From Bacilli bacterium (GTDB lineage: Bacteria; Bacillota_I; Bacilli_A; RFN20; CAG-826): 64,000 bases of DNA. The stretch lies in assembly GCA_024408335.1 (NCBI GenBank), contig JAKSVB010000010.1, positions 3,431 through 67,430 of the forward strand. The letters are read 5' to 3'. The translations under genes were made by a program, and so were the position numbers. Of the stretch, positions 46,321 to 55,909 are shown one piece after another (positions within the stretch are counted from its first letter, which is position 1; every line of letters starts with the position of its first letter). The notes under the pieces were generated by a model. That model was given only the letters and a program-made list of their open reading frames with translations, did no database searches and had not been told where the DNA came from.

Positions 46321-48441
46321 ATGAAGTTAGTAATCGTTGAATCTCCAAAAAAATGTGACACCATCGGAAGATACCTCGGTAGTGACTATTTAGTCATGGC
46401 TTCACAAGGGCATATTCGCGATCTTTCGACAAGAGGCAAAGGAGGCCTTGGCATCGATGTAGAGAACGGTTTCGTTCCAAACTTCGCCATCACCAAAGGC
46501 AAGAGCAAAATCGTTGCAGACCTTACCCGCGCCGCAAAAAAAGCTGATGAAGTCATCCTTGCAACTGACCCTGACCGTGAAGGTGAGGCCATTTCATGGC
46601 ACCTTGCCCAAGTCTTAGGGTTAGATGTCGAAACAACAAAGAGACTTCAATTCCACGAAATCACCAAGCCTGCGATTTTAGAGGCAATCGAAAACCCAGG
46701 CCTTATTAATATGGATCTTGTCAATTCACAAGAGACAAGACGTATGTATGACCGTGTCATCGGTTTCAAACTCTCATCCCTTCTCCAAAAGAACATCGGA
46801 TCAAAGTCAGCAGGACGCGTTCAATCCGTCGCTTTGAAGATGATTGTCGACAATGACAAAGAGATTAAGGAGTTCGTTCCTGAAGAATACTGGTCAATCG
46901 AAATCACCCTTGATGTCGATGGCACAAAAGTCGTCGCCCAACTTGATAAAGTCGACGGCAAAAGCGTTTCCATCCATAGCAAAGACGAAGCAGAAACAAT
47001 TGTCGCCCGTATCGCTTCCTCATATCACGTCGCATCATTAACAAAAGCCAAGAAACGCACAGCATCAAAGCCTGCCTTTACAACATCTACCATGCAACAA
47101 GAGGCATATAACCGCTTCAAGTTCAGCCCTTCAGATACCCAAGCAATCGCTCAAAAGCTTTATGAAGGTCTCGATATCGGTGGAGAGCACGTTGGTTTGA
47201 TCACCTACATCCGTACTGACTCAACAAGAATCAGTGACAACTTCTACCATGGCCACGCCAAACCTTACATCCTCGAAACTTTCGGTGATGAATATCTCGG
47301 CGTTGTCAAAAACGGCAAGAAGAAGGAAACCGATCAAGACGCTCACGAAGCTATCCGTCCTACTGGCACCCACCGTACACCTGAGATAGTCGCAAAATAC
47401 GTGACACCTAGAGAAGCAAAGCTCTACAAACTCATCTACGATCGCGCTCTTGCATCAATGATGTCCGATAAAGTTGAGGAAGTCACAACCGTCATTTTCG
47501 AAGAAAACGGTCTTTCTTTCAAAGCAACAGGCTCAAGAACCCTCTTCAAAGGTTATGAAGCCATCTATGGCGAAATCGAAGAGAAGACAAGCAAGCTTCT
47601 TCCTGCAATCGATGAAGGTAAGACATACTCAAAAATCAATTTCAAAAACGAACAAAAGTTCACCAATCCTCCAAGCCGTTACACCGAAGCTAGACTCGTC
47701 AAGCTCATGGAAGAAAAAGGCATTGGAAGACCTTCAACATACGCAAGCACAATAAAACTTCTTATCAGCCGTAGTTACATCACTTCCAAGAGCGGTGTCC
47801 TTACTCCAACCGAGACCGGCACTAACGCAACTCTCTTCTTGGAAAAATACTTCCCAGAAATCGTCGCGACTGATTACACAGCTGAAATGGAACACCAACT
47901 CGACGAAATCGAAGAAGGAAAACTCGCTGAAATAGACGCAATGAATGGTTTCTACTACCCATTCATGGAGAAATACGACGATGTCACAGGCAGAATCCGC
48001 AAAGATCCACCTAAGACAACTGGAGATGTTTGCCCTGTTTGTGGCGCTCCTTTAATCGAGAAACAAGGAAGATTCGGTTCGTTCATTGCTTGCTCTGATT
48101 ATCCAAAGTGCAAATACGTCCAAAAAGCCCAAGCACCTGAAGCCAAGAAAACAGGAGACTTATGCCCAGAATGCGGAAAGCCTCTTGTCATTAGAAAAGA
48201 CAAAAAAGGCAAGGAATTCGTCGCATGCTCTGGCTTCCCATCATGTCGTTATGTCAGAAACCTCGATGGAACAGAGACCCCAAAGGCCAAACCTGTTTCA
48301 GAAAGCGATTATGTCAAGCCATGTCCAAAGTGTAAGAAAGGCCACCTTGTTTTAAAACACGGCAAGAAGGTTGATTTCTTAGGCTGTACAAACTTCCCAA
48401 AATGCCGTTATCACGAATGGCTTAGCGAGAAGCAAAAATGA
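46321..48441 (+). CDS. topA: DNA topoisomerase I
   Basis: 706 aa with Toprim ('KLVIVESP') and type-IA domains, plus three C-terminal Cys4 zinc ribbons ('CPVCGAP…CSDYPKC', 'CPECGKP…CSGFPSC', 'CPKCKKG…CTNFPKC'). Confidence 0.92.
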   Translation: MKLVIVESPKKCDTIGRYLGSDYLVMASQGHIRDLSTRGKGGLGIDVENGFVPNFAITKGKSKIVADLTRAAKKADEVILATDPDREGEAISWHLAQVLGLDVETTKRLQFHEITKPAILEAIENPGLINMDLVNSQETRRMYDRVIGFKLSSLLQKNIGSKSAGRVQSVALKMIVDNDKEIKEFVPEEYWSIEITLDVDGTKVVAQLDKVDGKSVSIHSKDEAETIVARIASSYHVASLTKAKKRTASKPAFTTSTMQQEAYNRFKFSPSDTQAIAQKLYEGLDIGGEHVGLITYIRTDSTRISDNFYHGHAKPYILETFGDEYLGVVKNGKKKETDQDAHEAIRPTGTHRTPEIVAKYVTPREAKLYKLIYDRALASMMSDKVEEVTTVIFEENGLSFKATGSRTLFKGYEAIYGEIEEKTSKLLPAIDEGKTYSKINFKNEQKFTNPPSRYTEARLVKLMEEKGIGRPSTYASTIKLLISRSYITSKSGVLTPTETGTNATLFLEKYFPEIVATDYTAEMEHQLDEIEEGKLAEIDAMNGFYYPFMEKYDDVTGRIRKDPPKTTGDVCPVCGAPLIEKQGRFGSFIACSDYPKCKYVQKAQAPEAKKTGDLCPECGKPLVIRKDKKGKEFVACSGFPSCRYVRNLDGTETPKAKPVSESDYVKPCPKCKKGHLVLKHGKKVDFLGCTNFPKCRYHEWLSEKQK

Positions 48442-49721
48442 GAGAAATAACAATTATCGGAGGCGGTCTTGCTGGAAGCGAGGCTGCCTTCTTCCTCTTA
48501 AAAAGAGGATATACAGTCCACCTTTACGAAAGACGCCCATTAGTTGATGATGGCGCTCACGTGACAAAGGATTTCGGCGAGCTCGTATGCTCTAATTCTT
48601 TGAAGTCCGACCGCCTTGATAACGCTTGCGGTCTTCTCAAAGAAGAGATGAGAAAGATGGATTCAATCACCATGAGAGCAGCCGAAGTGGCTAGGGTCCC
48701 TGGAGGCAATGCTTTAGCGGTTGACCGTGATGTTTTCGCTTCCGAAATCACCAAAGAACTTTTGTCATTCCCTAACTTAATCGTTCACCGCGAAGAACTT
48801 ACTAAGATCCCGGAAGGACCAGTAATCGTATCTACTGGACCTTTAACAAGCGGACCTTTAATGGAGGAACTTGGAAACCTCATCGGAGAAAAGAACCTTT
48901 CGTTCTTTGACGCCAGTGCTCCGATAGTCAGAAAAGACAGCATCGACTTTTCGAAAGCCTATTTCAAATCAAGATTTGAACAAGATGATGGTGCATATAT
49001 CAACTGCCCATTCTCAAAAGAAGAATACACAAACTTCGTTAACGAGCTTTTAAATGCCGAAAAAGCTCTTCTTCACGAATTCGATACAAGATATTTCGAA
49101 GGATGTTTGCCAATCGAGATTATCGCAAGCCGTGGATTCGAAACATTAAGACACGGCCCACTTAAACCTTTTGGTTTATGGACCGAAGAACATCCTAGAG
49201 CATATGCTATTGCGCAACTTAGACAAGACACCAAACTTGGCGATTACTATAACCTCGTAGGTTTCCAAACAAACCTCACTTACCCTGAGCAAAAACGTGT
49301 TTTCCAAATGATTCCAGGGCTCGAAAACGCAGTCTTCCTTCGCTATGGCCTCATGCATAGAAATTCATACATCAACGCACCGAAAGCCATCAATGAAGAT
49401 TTGTCTTTAAAGAACAAACCAGAGGTCTATATCGCTGGTCAGCTTTCAGGCGTCGAAGGTTATGTCGAAAGCGCTGCAACAGGCATAATCGCCGCCATCA
49501 ATATCCTAAGAAAACTCGAAGGCAAAGAGGCAATCAAAACACCTAGATGCTCAGTCATCGGTTCCCTTCTTGATTACATTTGCCACGCTTCAAGCAAACA
49601 CTTCGAACCTATGAACGCTAACTGGGCCATTGTCCCTGATAGCGCTAAAGAAATTCGCGATAAGGCTATAGAAAAATCACTCCAAGAGGTAGAATCTTAT
49701 TGGGTAAAAGTGAATGAATAA
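48438..49721 (+). CDS. trmFO: Methylenetetrahydrofolate--tRNA-(uracil54-C5)-methyltransferase TrmFO (Gid)
   Basis: 427 aa with an FAD-binding N-terminus 'ITIIGGGLAGSEAA'. The start overlaps the topA stop. Confidence 0.88.
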   Translation: MREITIIGGGLAGSEAAFFLLKRGYTVHLYERRPLVDDGAHVTKDFGELVCSNSLKSDRLDNACGLLKEEMRKMDSITMRAAEVARVPGGNALAVDRDVFASEITKELLSFPNLIVHREELTKIPEGPVIVSTGPLTSGPLMEELGNLIGEKNLSFFDASAPIVRKDSIDFSKAYFKSRFEQDDGAYINCPFSKEEYTNFVNELLNAEKALLHEFDTRYFEGCLPIEIIASRGFETLRHGPLKPFGLWTEEHPRAYAIAQLRQDTKLGDYYNLVGFQTNLTYPEQKRVFQMIPGLENAVFLRYGLMHRNSYINAPKAINEDLSLKNKPEVYIAGQLSGVEGYVESAATGIIAAINILRKLEGKEAIKTPRCSVIGSLLDYICHASSKHFEPMNANWAIVPDSAKEIRDKAIEKSLQEVESYWVKVNE

Positions 49722-50619
49722 GGTCGAAAAAGAATATTTGGATAGCCTTTCTGGCAATCTTTATAGCGAGCACACCATCGATTCGTACCGCAGGGATATC
49801 GATGCCTTTTTCGTTTACCTTAACAAAGAAGGATTGCTTTTTGATCAAGTGACAAAAGTGAATATCCGCAACTACTTAAGCGAAGAACTTAGCAGGGGAG
49901 TAAGTGCTAGATCCTGCCAAAGAAGAATGACCGCTCTTCGTCGTTTCTACGCTTTTTTGGAAGAAAGGGAATATGCAGAAATCAATCCTTTCCTTCAAGT
50001 TAGCGCCCCAAAAAAGGGAGTGAGATATCCAGAAACCCTAACCGTAGAACAAGTGGAAGAGCTCCTTTCGCTTAACTCAAAACGCACTGACGAAATGGCA
50101 ATCCGTGACCAAGCGATTCTTGAGCTTATGTACGCTTCAGGAGTCCGTGCCAGCGAACTGATTTCCATCAAACAAAGAGAAATAGATTTCAGAAGAAGAA
50201 TGATTAAAGTCTTCGGAAAAGGCAAAAAGGAAAGACTTGTTCCTTTTGGCAAAACCGCAGAGCAAGCTTTGCTTGAATATTCAAATATCACTAGACCAAC
50301 CCTTGCTGAAAGAAGAAAAAGCGATAAGAGCCAAGACGCTTTTTTCCTCTCTGCAAAAGGAGAGAACCTCACTGTAAGAGGCCTTGAATACATACTCAAA
50401 CAAATCGAGCTTAAGACAGGTTGCAGATTCGGTCTTCACCCTCATGAACTCCGTCATTCTTTTGCAACACATCTCTTAGATAACGGGGCAGATCTTCGTC
50501 TCATCCAAGAGCTTCTTGGGCACGAATCATTAGACACGACAACCGTATACACCCACGTTTCAAAAAAGGCGCTTAAGAAACAATACCAAGAGTTTTTCCC
50601 TCGTCAAAAGAAGAAGTGA
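49714..50619 (+). CDS. xerC: Tyrosine recombinase XerC
   Basis: 301 aa; the catalytic C-terminus 'HELRHSFATHLL…LLGHESLDTTTVYTHV' is present. It follows topA-trmFO as codV does in Bacillus. Confidence 0.88.
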   Translation: MNKVEKEYLDSLSGNLYSEHTIDSYRRDIDAFFVYLNKEGLLFDQVTKVNIRNYLSEELSRGVSARSCQRRMTALRRFYAFLEEREYAEINPFLQVSAPKKGVRYPETLTVEQVEELLSLNSKRTDEMAIRDQAILELMYASGVRASELISIKQREIDFRRRMIKVFGKGKKERLVPFGKTAEQALLEYSNITRPTLAERRKSDKSQDAFFLSAKGENLTVRGLEYILKQIELKTGCRFGLHPHELRHSFATHLLDNGADLRLIQELLGHESLDTTTVYTHVSKKALKKQYQEFFPRQKKK

Positions 50620-50835
50620 TTTTGTGCAAGGCGCACAACAATTTACGAATTTCATAACTTATAGTTATTCGTCCTTGCTAGTAGGAAATCTTTTTTGTAT
50701 ACTCTTACTCGGCCCTTTTCTAAGAAAAGAGCCAAATACACACCTCGTGGATCGGGCACCGTGTTCCTTAATGGACGAAGCAGTTTAAAAAGCATTAAGG
50801 TGGTCAGCTCTTAGAAGCGAGGGAGGCACAAACAA
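50620..50835 (+). promoter_or_regulatory. rpsB promoter (TTGCTA-17-TGnTATACT) and ~140-nt structured 5' leader
   Basis: -35 TTGCTA and an extended -10 'TGTATACT' sit near 50670-50705. The leader contains hairpins (GGCCCTTTTCT…AGAAAAGAGCC and CACCTCGTGG…GCACCGTG) before the SD GGGAGG. The function is inferred. Confidence 0.35.
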
Positions 50836-51882
50836 ATGGAGGTCACAGAAATGAGTGACGAAATCAAGGTTGAAGCTGTTGCTGAAGAAACCCCAGCAGC
50901 TGCCGAACCAACAATGGCTGAGATTGTCAGAGACCCAAGCGCTCCAATCGTTACAGTTAAGAAATTGCTTGAAGCTGGTGTCCACTTTGGTCACCAAACA
51001 CGCCGTTGGAACCCAAAGATGGGCAAATTCATCTACGGCGCTAGAAATGGCATTTACATCATCGATCTTACAAAGACCGTTGCTCAAGTTAATGCCGCAT
51101 ACGCACAACTTAAGAAAATCGTCGAAGATGGCGGCAAAGTCCTCTTTGTCGGTACCAAAGACAACGCTAAAGAAGTCGTTGTTGATGCAGCTGTCCGTTC
51201 AGGATCATTCTACATCTCCAACCGCTGGTTAGGTGGTACCCTCACAAACTTCCGCACCATCCTTTCCCGTACCAAGAGACTTAAAGAACTCCAAGCTATG
51301 GTCGAAGATGGTTCATTCGACAGACTCCCAAAGAAAGAAGTCGCAGTTCTTCGCAAAGAATTAGATAAGCTCTCAAAGAACCTCGAAGGCGTTAAAGAAA
51401 TGAGACGTGCTCCACAAGCTATCGTCATCGATGATCCAACCGTCGAACACAACGCAATCGCAGAAGCTAAGAAGCTTGGCATCCCAACCTTCGCTATCGT
51501 TGACACCAACGATGATCCAGAGGTTGTCGACTTCCCAATCCCATCAAACAACGATGGCAGCAACGCTCTCAAACTCCTCATCGGCACATTAGCTGATGCT
51601 GTTGTTGAAGCAAAAGGCGGCATCACCGAATTCGCTTACATCAAAGAAGAAGGCGAAGATGCAACCATGAAAGACGCTATCAGAAGCGCAGATGCTGCTA
51701 ACGAAGCTCGTAAAGCTGCTATCCGTGCACAACGTGCTGAACGTGAAGAACGTTTCAAGAAGATGCAAGCTGAAAGAGCTGCACGTTTCGCTGCAAAGCG
51801 TGACGCTGCAAAAGCTGCTGAAGCTCCAAAAGCTGAAGAAAAACCAGCCGAAGCACCAGCTGCTCCAGAAGCAAACGCCTAA
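50836..51882 (+). CDS. rpsB: 30S ribosomal protein S2 with N- and C-terminal extensions
   Basis: The conserved core 'LLEAGVHFGHQTRRWNPKM' is preceded by about 35 extra residues and followed by an Ala/Glu/Lys/Arg-rich tail of roughly 90 aa. An alternative start at 50851 (SD GGAGG, 8-nt spacer) is possible. Confidence 0.85.
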   Translation: MEVTEMSDEIKVEAVAEETPAAAEPTMAEIVRDPSAPIVTVKKLLEAGVHFGHQTRRWNPKMGKFIYGARNGIYIIDLTKTVAQVNAAYAQLKKIVEDGGKVLFVGTKDNAKEVVVDAAVRSGSFYISNRWLGGTLTNFRTILSRTKRLKELQAMVEDGSFDRLPKKEVAVLRKELDKLSKNLEGVKEMRRAPQAIVIDDPTVEHNAIAEAKKLGIPTFAIVDTNDDPEVVDFPIPSNNDGSNALKLLIGTLADAVVEAKGGITEFAYIKEEGEDATMKDAIRSADAANEARKAAIRAQRAEREERFKKMQAERAARFAAKRDAAKAAEAPKAEEKPAEAPAAPEANA

Positions 51883-51900
51883 TCAAGGAGACCAAGAAAA

Positions 51901-52743
51901 ATGGCAGAACCAAATAAAATTGAAGCCATCAAAGCCCTCAAAGAGCGCACCGGCGCTGGCATGATGGATTGCAAAAAAGCCTTAGAAGAAAACGATTACG
52001 ATATTGAAAAAGCTATCGACGTTCTCCGTCAAAAAGGTATCGTCAAAGCTGCAAAGCGTGCAGGTAGAACTGCTGCTGAAGGCTTAGCACTCGTCAAAGC
52101 TTGCAACGAATGTGGCAAAGCTGCAATCGTTGAAGTCAACTGCGAAACAGACTTCGTCAGTGCTACTGACAAGTTCCACGCATATGGCGAAGGCGTCCTC
52201 GAATACGTTCTCAAGAATGCTCCAGCAACTCTTGAAGAAGCACAAGCAGGCACCAAACTCCTCCAAGACGACACTGCTCTCGCTACTGGCGAAAAGACAG
52301 TCTTCCGTCGTTATGCAGTCATCGAAAAGGCTGCTGAACAAGGATTTGGCAGCTACATCCACATGGGTGGCAAGATCGGCGTTATCTGTGTCTTAGCTAA
52401 AGAAGATGCTGAACTCGGCCTCCAAATGGCTATGCACATCGCTGCTAACGCTCCTGTCTACACAACTCTCGAAGACGTTCCAGCTGCAGAAAGAGAAAGA
52501 GAACTCAAGATCGCTGAAAGCGAAGTCGCAAACGATCCAAAACTCGTCTCAAAACCAGAACAAGTCAAAGCTGGCATCGTCCAACGTAAAGTTGACAAGG
52601 TTCTCTCAGCAAGCTGCTTAACCTACCAAAAGTGGTTACTCGACGACAGCAAAACTGTTGCCCAAGTTCTCCAAGAAAAAGGCAATGGCATCGTCAAGTT
52701 TGTCCGTTTCCAAGTCGGTGACGGCGTTGAAGCTGCTGCTTAA
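51901..52743 (+). CDS. tsf: Elongation factor Ts
   Basis: 280 aa with an N-terminal UBA 'LKERTGAGMMDCKKALEEN'. SD AAGGAGA; terminator at 52758-52788 with a GNRA loop. Confidence 0.92.
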   Translation: MAEPNKIEAIKALKERTGAGMMDCKKALEENDYDIEKAIDVLRQKGIVKAAKRAGRTAAEGLALVKACNECGKAAIVEVNCETDFVSATDKFHAYGEGVLEYVLKNAPATLEEAQAGTKLLQDDTALATGEKTVFRRYAVIEKAAEQGFGSYIHMGGKIGVICVLAKEDAELGLQMAMHIAANAPVYTTLEDVPAAERERELKIAESEVANDPKLVSKPEQVKAGIVQRKVDKVLSASCLTYQKWLLDDSKTVAQVLQEKGNGIVKFVRFQVGDGVEAAA

Positions 52744-52757
52744 TTCGAACAAACACC

Positions 52758-52788
52758 AAGACCCTTACGAAAGTAGGGGTCTTTTTTG
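52758..52788 (+). terminator. Terminator after tsf
   Basis: GACCCTTAC-gaaa-GTAGGGGTC followed by TTTTTT. Confidence 0.8.
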
Positions 52789-52837
52789 ATAAAAAACATT
52801 CATACATAAGCCCATATTCTTGTATAATATGAACAAT

Positions 52838-53557
52838 ATGAAATCGATATATAAAAGAATAATTCTCAAACTTTCTGGCGAAGCTCTTGCTGACCAGGAA
52901 AACCACAACATTTACGACAAAGCAAAACTTGACGCTGTCGCAGCTGTTATCAAAGACATCTACGAAACAGGCGTTCAAATTGGCATCGTCGTAGGCGCAG
53001 GCAACATCTGGCGCGGTAAACTTGCCGCTAGCGTTGGCATTGACCACTCAACAGGCGACTACATGGGAATGCTTGGCACCATCATGAATGGTCTTGCAAT
53101 CCAAAGCGCTCTTGAAGAAAAAGGTATCCCAACCCGTGTCGCAAGTGCTATCAACGTCCCACAAGTCTGCGAACCTTATATCCGCCGCAAAGCCATCCAC
53201 AATATGGAAAAAGGCAGAGTCATCATCTTCGCAGGTGGAACAGGAAACCCATTCTTCACCACTGATTCTAACGCCGCTCTTAAGGCCTTAGATGTTGATG
53301 CAGATGCAATCCTTATGGGTAAGAACGGAGTCGAAGGCGTCCTTGATTCCGACCCACGTATCAACAAAGATGCAAAGCTTATCAAAAAGCTTACATATCA
53401 AGAAATGGTCGAAAAACAACTCGCTGTCATGGATTTAACAGCAGTCGCCCAACTTGAAAACACAAGAGTTAAGATTCACGTCTTCAACATGGCAGAACCT
53501 CAAAACATCATCAAGATTCTTGCTGGTGAAGAAGTCGGAAGCACCATCTCAGACTAA
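52838..53557 (+). CDS. pyrH: UMP kinase
   Basis: 'MKSIYKRIILKLSGEAL' matches the PyrH N-terminus. The ORF-track start at 52820 is a TTG. There is no SD, and a TATAAT box (52823-52828) lies just upstream. Confidence 0.85.
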   Translation: MKSIYKRIILKLSGEALADQENHNIYDKAKLDAVAAVIKDIYETGVQIGIVVGAGNIWRGKLAASVGIDHSTGDYMGMLGTIMNGLAIQSALEEKGIPTRVASAINVPQVCEPYIRRKAIHNMEKGRVIIFAGGTGNPFFTTDSNAALKALDVDADAILMGKNGVEGVLDSDPRINKDAKLIKKLTYQEMVEKQLAVMDLTAVAQLENTRVKIHVFNMAEPQNIIKILAGEEVGSTISD

Positions 53558-53568
53558 GGAGAATATTT

Positions 53569-54114
53569 ATGGATCCAATCGTTAACGAATGCAAAGAACA
53601 AATGGAGAAGACCGTTAGATCTCTTCACGACAACTTCAGCAAGCTTAGAAGTGCTCAAGCAAACCCACAAATCCTCGCTGGCATCAAATGTGACTACTAT
53701 GGCGACAAGATCAATATTAACGAAATCTCAGCCATTACCCGTCCAGAACCGCGTCAACTTATGATCAAGCCTTATTCAAGCGAAGATCTTAAGCCAATCG
53801 CTGCAGCTATCACCGCTGCAAACATCGGTATCAACCCACAAGTTGAAGCTGACTGCATCCGTCTTATCTTCCCACCAATGACCGAAGATACCCGTAGGCA
53901 AACAGTCAAACAAGCTAAGGGCATGACAGAAGACGCAAAAGTCGCATTAAGAAACATTCGCCGTGATCACCTTGCCATCATCAAAGAAGATGACACCATG
54001 TCAGATGACTATCGTGAGCGCGTTGAAAAAGATCTCGAAAAGGTTGTCTCTGACGCCATCAAAATGGTTGATGACGCATATGCAGCCAAAGAAAAAGAGA
54101 TCATGACTCTCTAA
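53569..54114 (+). CDS. frr: Ribosome recycling factor
   Basis: 181 aa. SD AGGAGAA; bidirectional terminator at 54124-54171. Confidence 0.92.
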   Translation: MDPIVNECKEQMEKTVRSLHDNFSKLRSAQANPQILAGIKCDYYGDKININEISAITRPEPRQLMIKPYSSEDLKPIAAAITAANIGINPQVEADCIRLIFPPMTEDTRRQTVKQAKGMTEDAKVALRNIRRDHLAIIKEDDTMSDDYRERVEKDLEKVVSDAIKMVDDAYAAKEKEIMTL

Positions 54115-54123
54115 GAACCAACA

Positions 54124-54171
54124 AAAAACAAGGGGCTGTTAAGAAATGAAAAATCTTAACGCCCCTTTTTT
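54124..54171. terminator. Bidirectional terminator between frr (+) and LRR gene (-)
   Basis: GGGGCtGTTAAG…CTTAACGCCCC with an A-run upstream and a T-run downstream. Confidence 0.7.
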
Positions 54172-55089
54172 CTAATTTTTGAGAAAACGTATCTCGTAAT
54201 TGGCAATTCCTTCATCCCATGAAGCGTGCTTTTTAATCCTTGACCATTCAAACTCGCTTCCTTCGAAAAGGATTTCTCTGATGCCAGTATCTTTGAATAT
54301 GGCTTCACCGATTGAAGTCATATTTTTTGGTAGTGTGATCGTTTCTAAAGCGCTACAACCTTCAAAGGCAAAATCACCAATTGATTTGAGTTGTCTTGGG
54401 AGCTCAACTGTAGTTAGAAGAGCGTCCCCTGAGAAAAGGTGTGCTCCAAGAGCCATTTGCCCTTGAGATACGTTCATAAAGGAAATCTTCTTTAAGACAG
54501 GAAGGCCTGCGAAAGCGTATGGCTTTATTTCTTTATATAATGATTGAGTGTAAATCGCTTCGATTTCTAAGCCGCTTCCATCTTGGAAGACGGAAGTGGA
54601 AGAATCGTTCCCTGCCGTGCGGAAATCGAATACCTTTTTGTCGGTTCCGATGTCTTGATAGACGTTAATAGGGAAAACATATTCTTTTGCATGAGCAGGG
54701 GCTTTGACCGATCTTAAATCGGCGTAATCAAGTCCTGCGCTGTCTTTTAATATCTTAATGTCGTAGACTCCGACACTCATGAACTTGCCATTCCCGTCAT
54801 AGAAACCGGCACGGTTCGTTGTCCAATCGAAAGACAAAACTGGTGTTTTGTTTTGTGAGTCGTCACCAACTGTTCCAGCGATGATTGTTGCAGTTAAAGC
54901 AGCCACCAAAGCAAAAGCAATCGATCCGATTATGATCGTGTTTCTCTTTTCGTTTGGCTTCTTTCTTTCTGAAAATACTTGGGATTTGTCAGGGATTTCA
55001 GCGTTTTCTTGTGCAATTTTGATTTCTTTTTCTTCCATGATAAGTGTTATTTTAAACGTTTTTGGCAAAAGGGGCATCACTGTAAACAA
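54172..55089 (-). CDS. Membrane-anchored leucine-rich-repeat (BspA/LRR_5-type) protein
   Basis: N-terminal TM anchor 'IIIGSIAFALVAALTATIIAG'. C-terminal repeats '…FAFEGCSALETITLPKNMTSIGEAIFKDTGIREILF' are typical of the LRR_5/BspA family. The ORF-track start is a TTG; the ATG at 55077 or 55038 is the more likely start. It lies on the strand opposite to its flanks. Confidence 0.6.
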   Translation of the reverse strand: MFTVMPLLPKTFKITLIMEEKEIKIAQENAEIPDKSQVFSERKKPNEKRNTIIIGSIAFALVAALTATIIAGTVGDDSQNKTPVLSFDWTTNRAGFYDGNGKFMSVGVYDIKILKDSAGLDYADLRSVKAPAHAKEYVFPINVYQDIGTDKKVFDFRTAGNDSSTSVFQDGSGLEIEAIYTQSLYKEIKPYAFAGLPVLKKISFMNVSQGQMALGAHLFSGDALLTTVELPRQLKSIGDFAFEGCSALETITLPKNMTSIGEAIFKDTGIREILFEGSEFEWSRIKKHASWDEGIANYEIRFLKN

Positions 55090-55180
55090 CCTAAAATTTT
55101 TAGACAGAAAAGTCGCATTAATTTAGATTTTGCACGCTTGTCTATTTCCTCATGGGGCCAAAAAGAATATAATTCTTTCT

Positions 55181-55909
55181 ATGAAAGAAGCATTTGTTTT
55201 AAAAAAGCCGCTCAATCACGTCGCTTTCATTATGGATGGAAACGGCAGATGGGCCAATCTTCGTGGCCTTCCACGCCACTTAGGACATAAGGAAGCTTGC
55301 AAGAGGCTCATTGAGATTTACGACTTATGCCGTGAATTCAATATCAAGTACGCTAGCTTCTATGCTTTTTCCACTGAAAACTGGAACCGTCCTCAAGATG
55401 AAATAGACCATCTTATGGACTACCTCGAAGATTTCTTCCATCGTGAGATCGATTACGTTATGGAAACAAATGGTCGCATTGTTATCTCTGGCGACCTTGC
55501 CAGAATCAGAGAACAAACTAGACTCGTTTGTCTTGATGCGATTGAAAGAACAAAAAACAATGACGGATTCATCTTTAACGTGTGCCTCAATTACGGCGGC
55601 CGCGATGAAATAGTCCGCGCTACAAAGAAGATCGCCGAAGAATTCAAAGAAGGAAAGATTTCTCTTAGTGACATCACAGAAGAATCGTTCAAAAAATATT
55701 TGTGGCAACCAATCATGCCAGATATTGATCTCATGATTAGAACCAGTGGCGAACAAAGGTTATCAAATTATCTCTTATACGAGAATGCATACGCCGAATT
55801 CGTCTTCACAGATGTAAAATGGCCTGACTTTAGAAGAAAGGCATTCATTGATTGCTTGAAAGAATATCAAAATCGCAACCGTAGATACGGAGGACTCAAA
55901 AATGAGTAA
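55181..55909 (+). CDS. uppS: Undecaprenyl-diphosphate synthase
   Basis: The first ATG in frame is taken as the start (the ORF-track 55130 is a TTG). 'HVAFIMDGNGRWA' is the cis-prenyltransferase signature. No SD; a TATAAT box (55168-55173) lies 7 nt upstream. Confidence 0.85.
   Translation: MKEAFVLKKPLNHVAFIMDGNGRWANLRGLPRHLGHKEACKRLIEIYDLCREFNIKYASFYAFSTENWNRPQDEIDHLMDYLEDFFHREIDYVMETNGRIVISGDLARIREQTRLVCLDAIERTKNNDGFIFNVCLNYGGRDEIVRATKKIAEEFKEGKISLSDITEESFKKYLWQPIMPDIDLMIRTSGEQRLSNYLLYENAYAEFVFTDVKWPDFRRKAFIDCLKEYQNRNRRYGGLKNE

Noticed and set aside
51210-51626. 138-aa antisense ORF inside rpsB
   Set aside because: Same reasoning: it is a shadow ORF opposite a ribosomal protein gene.
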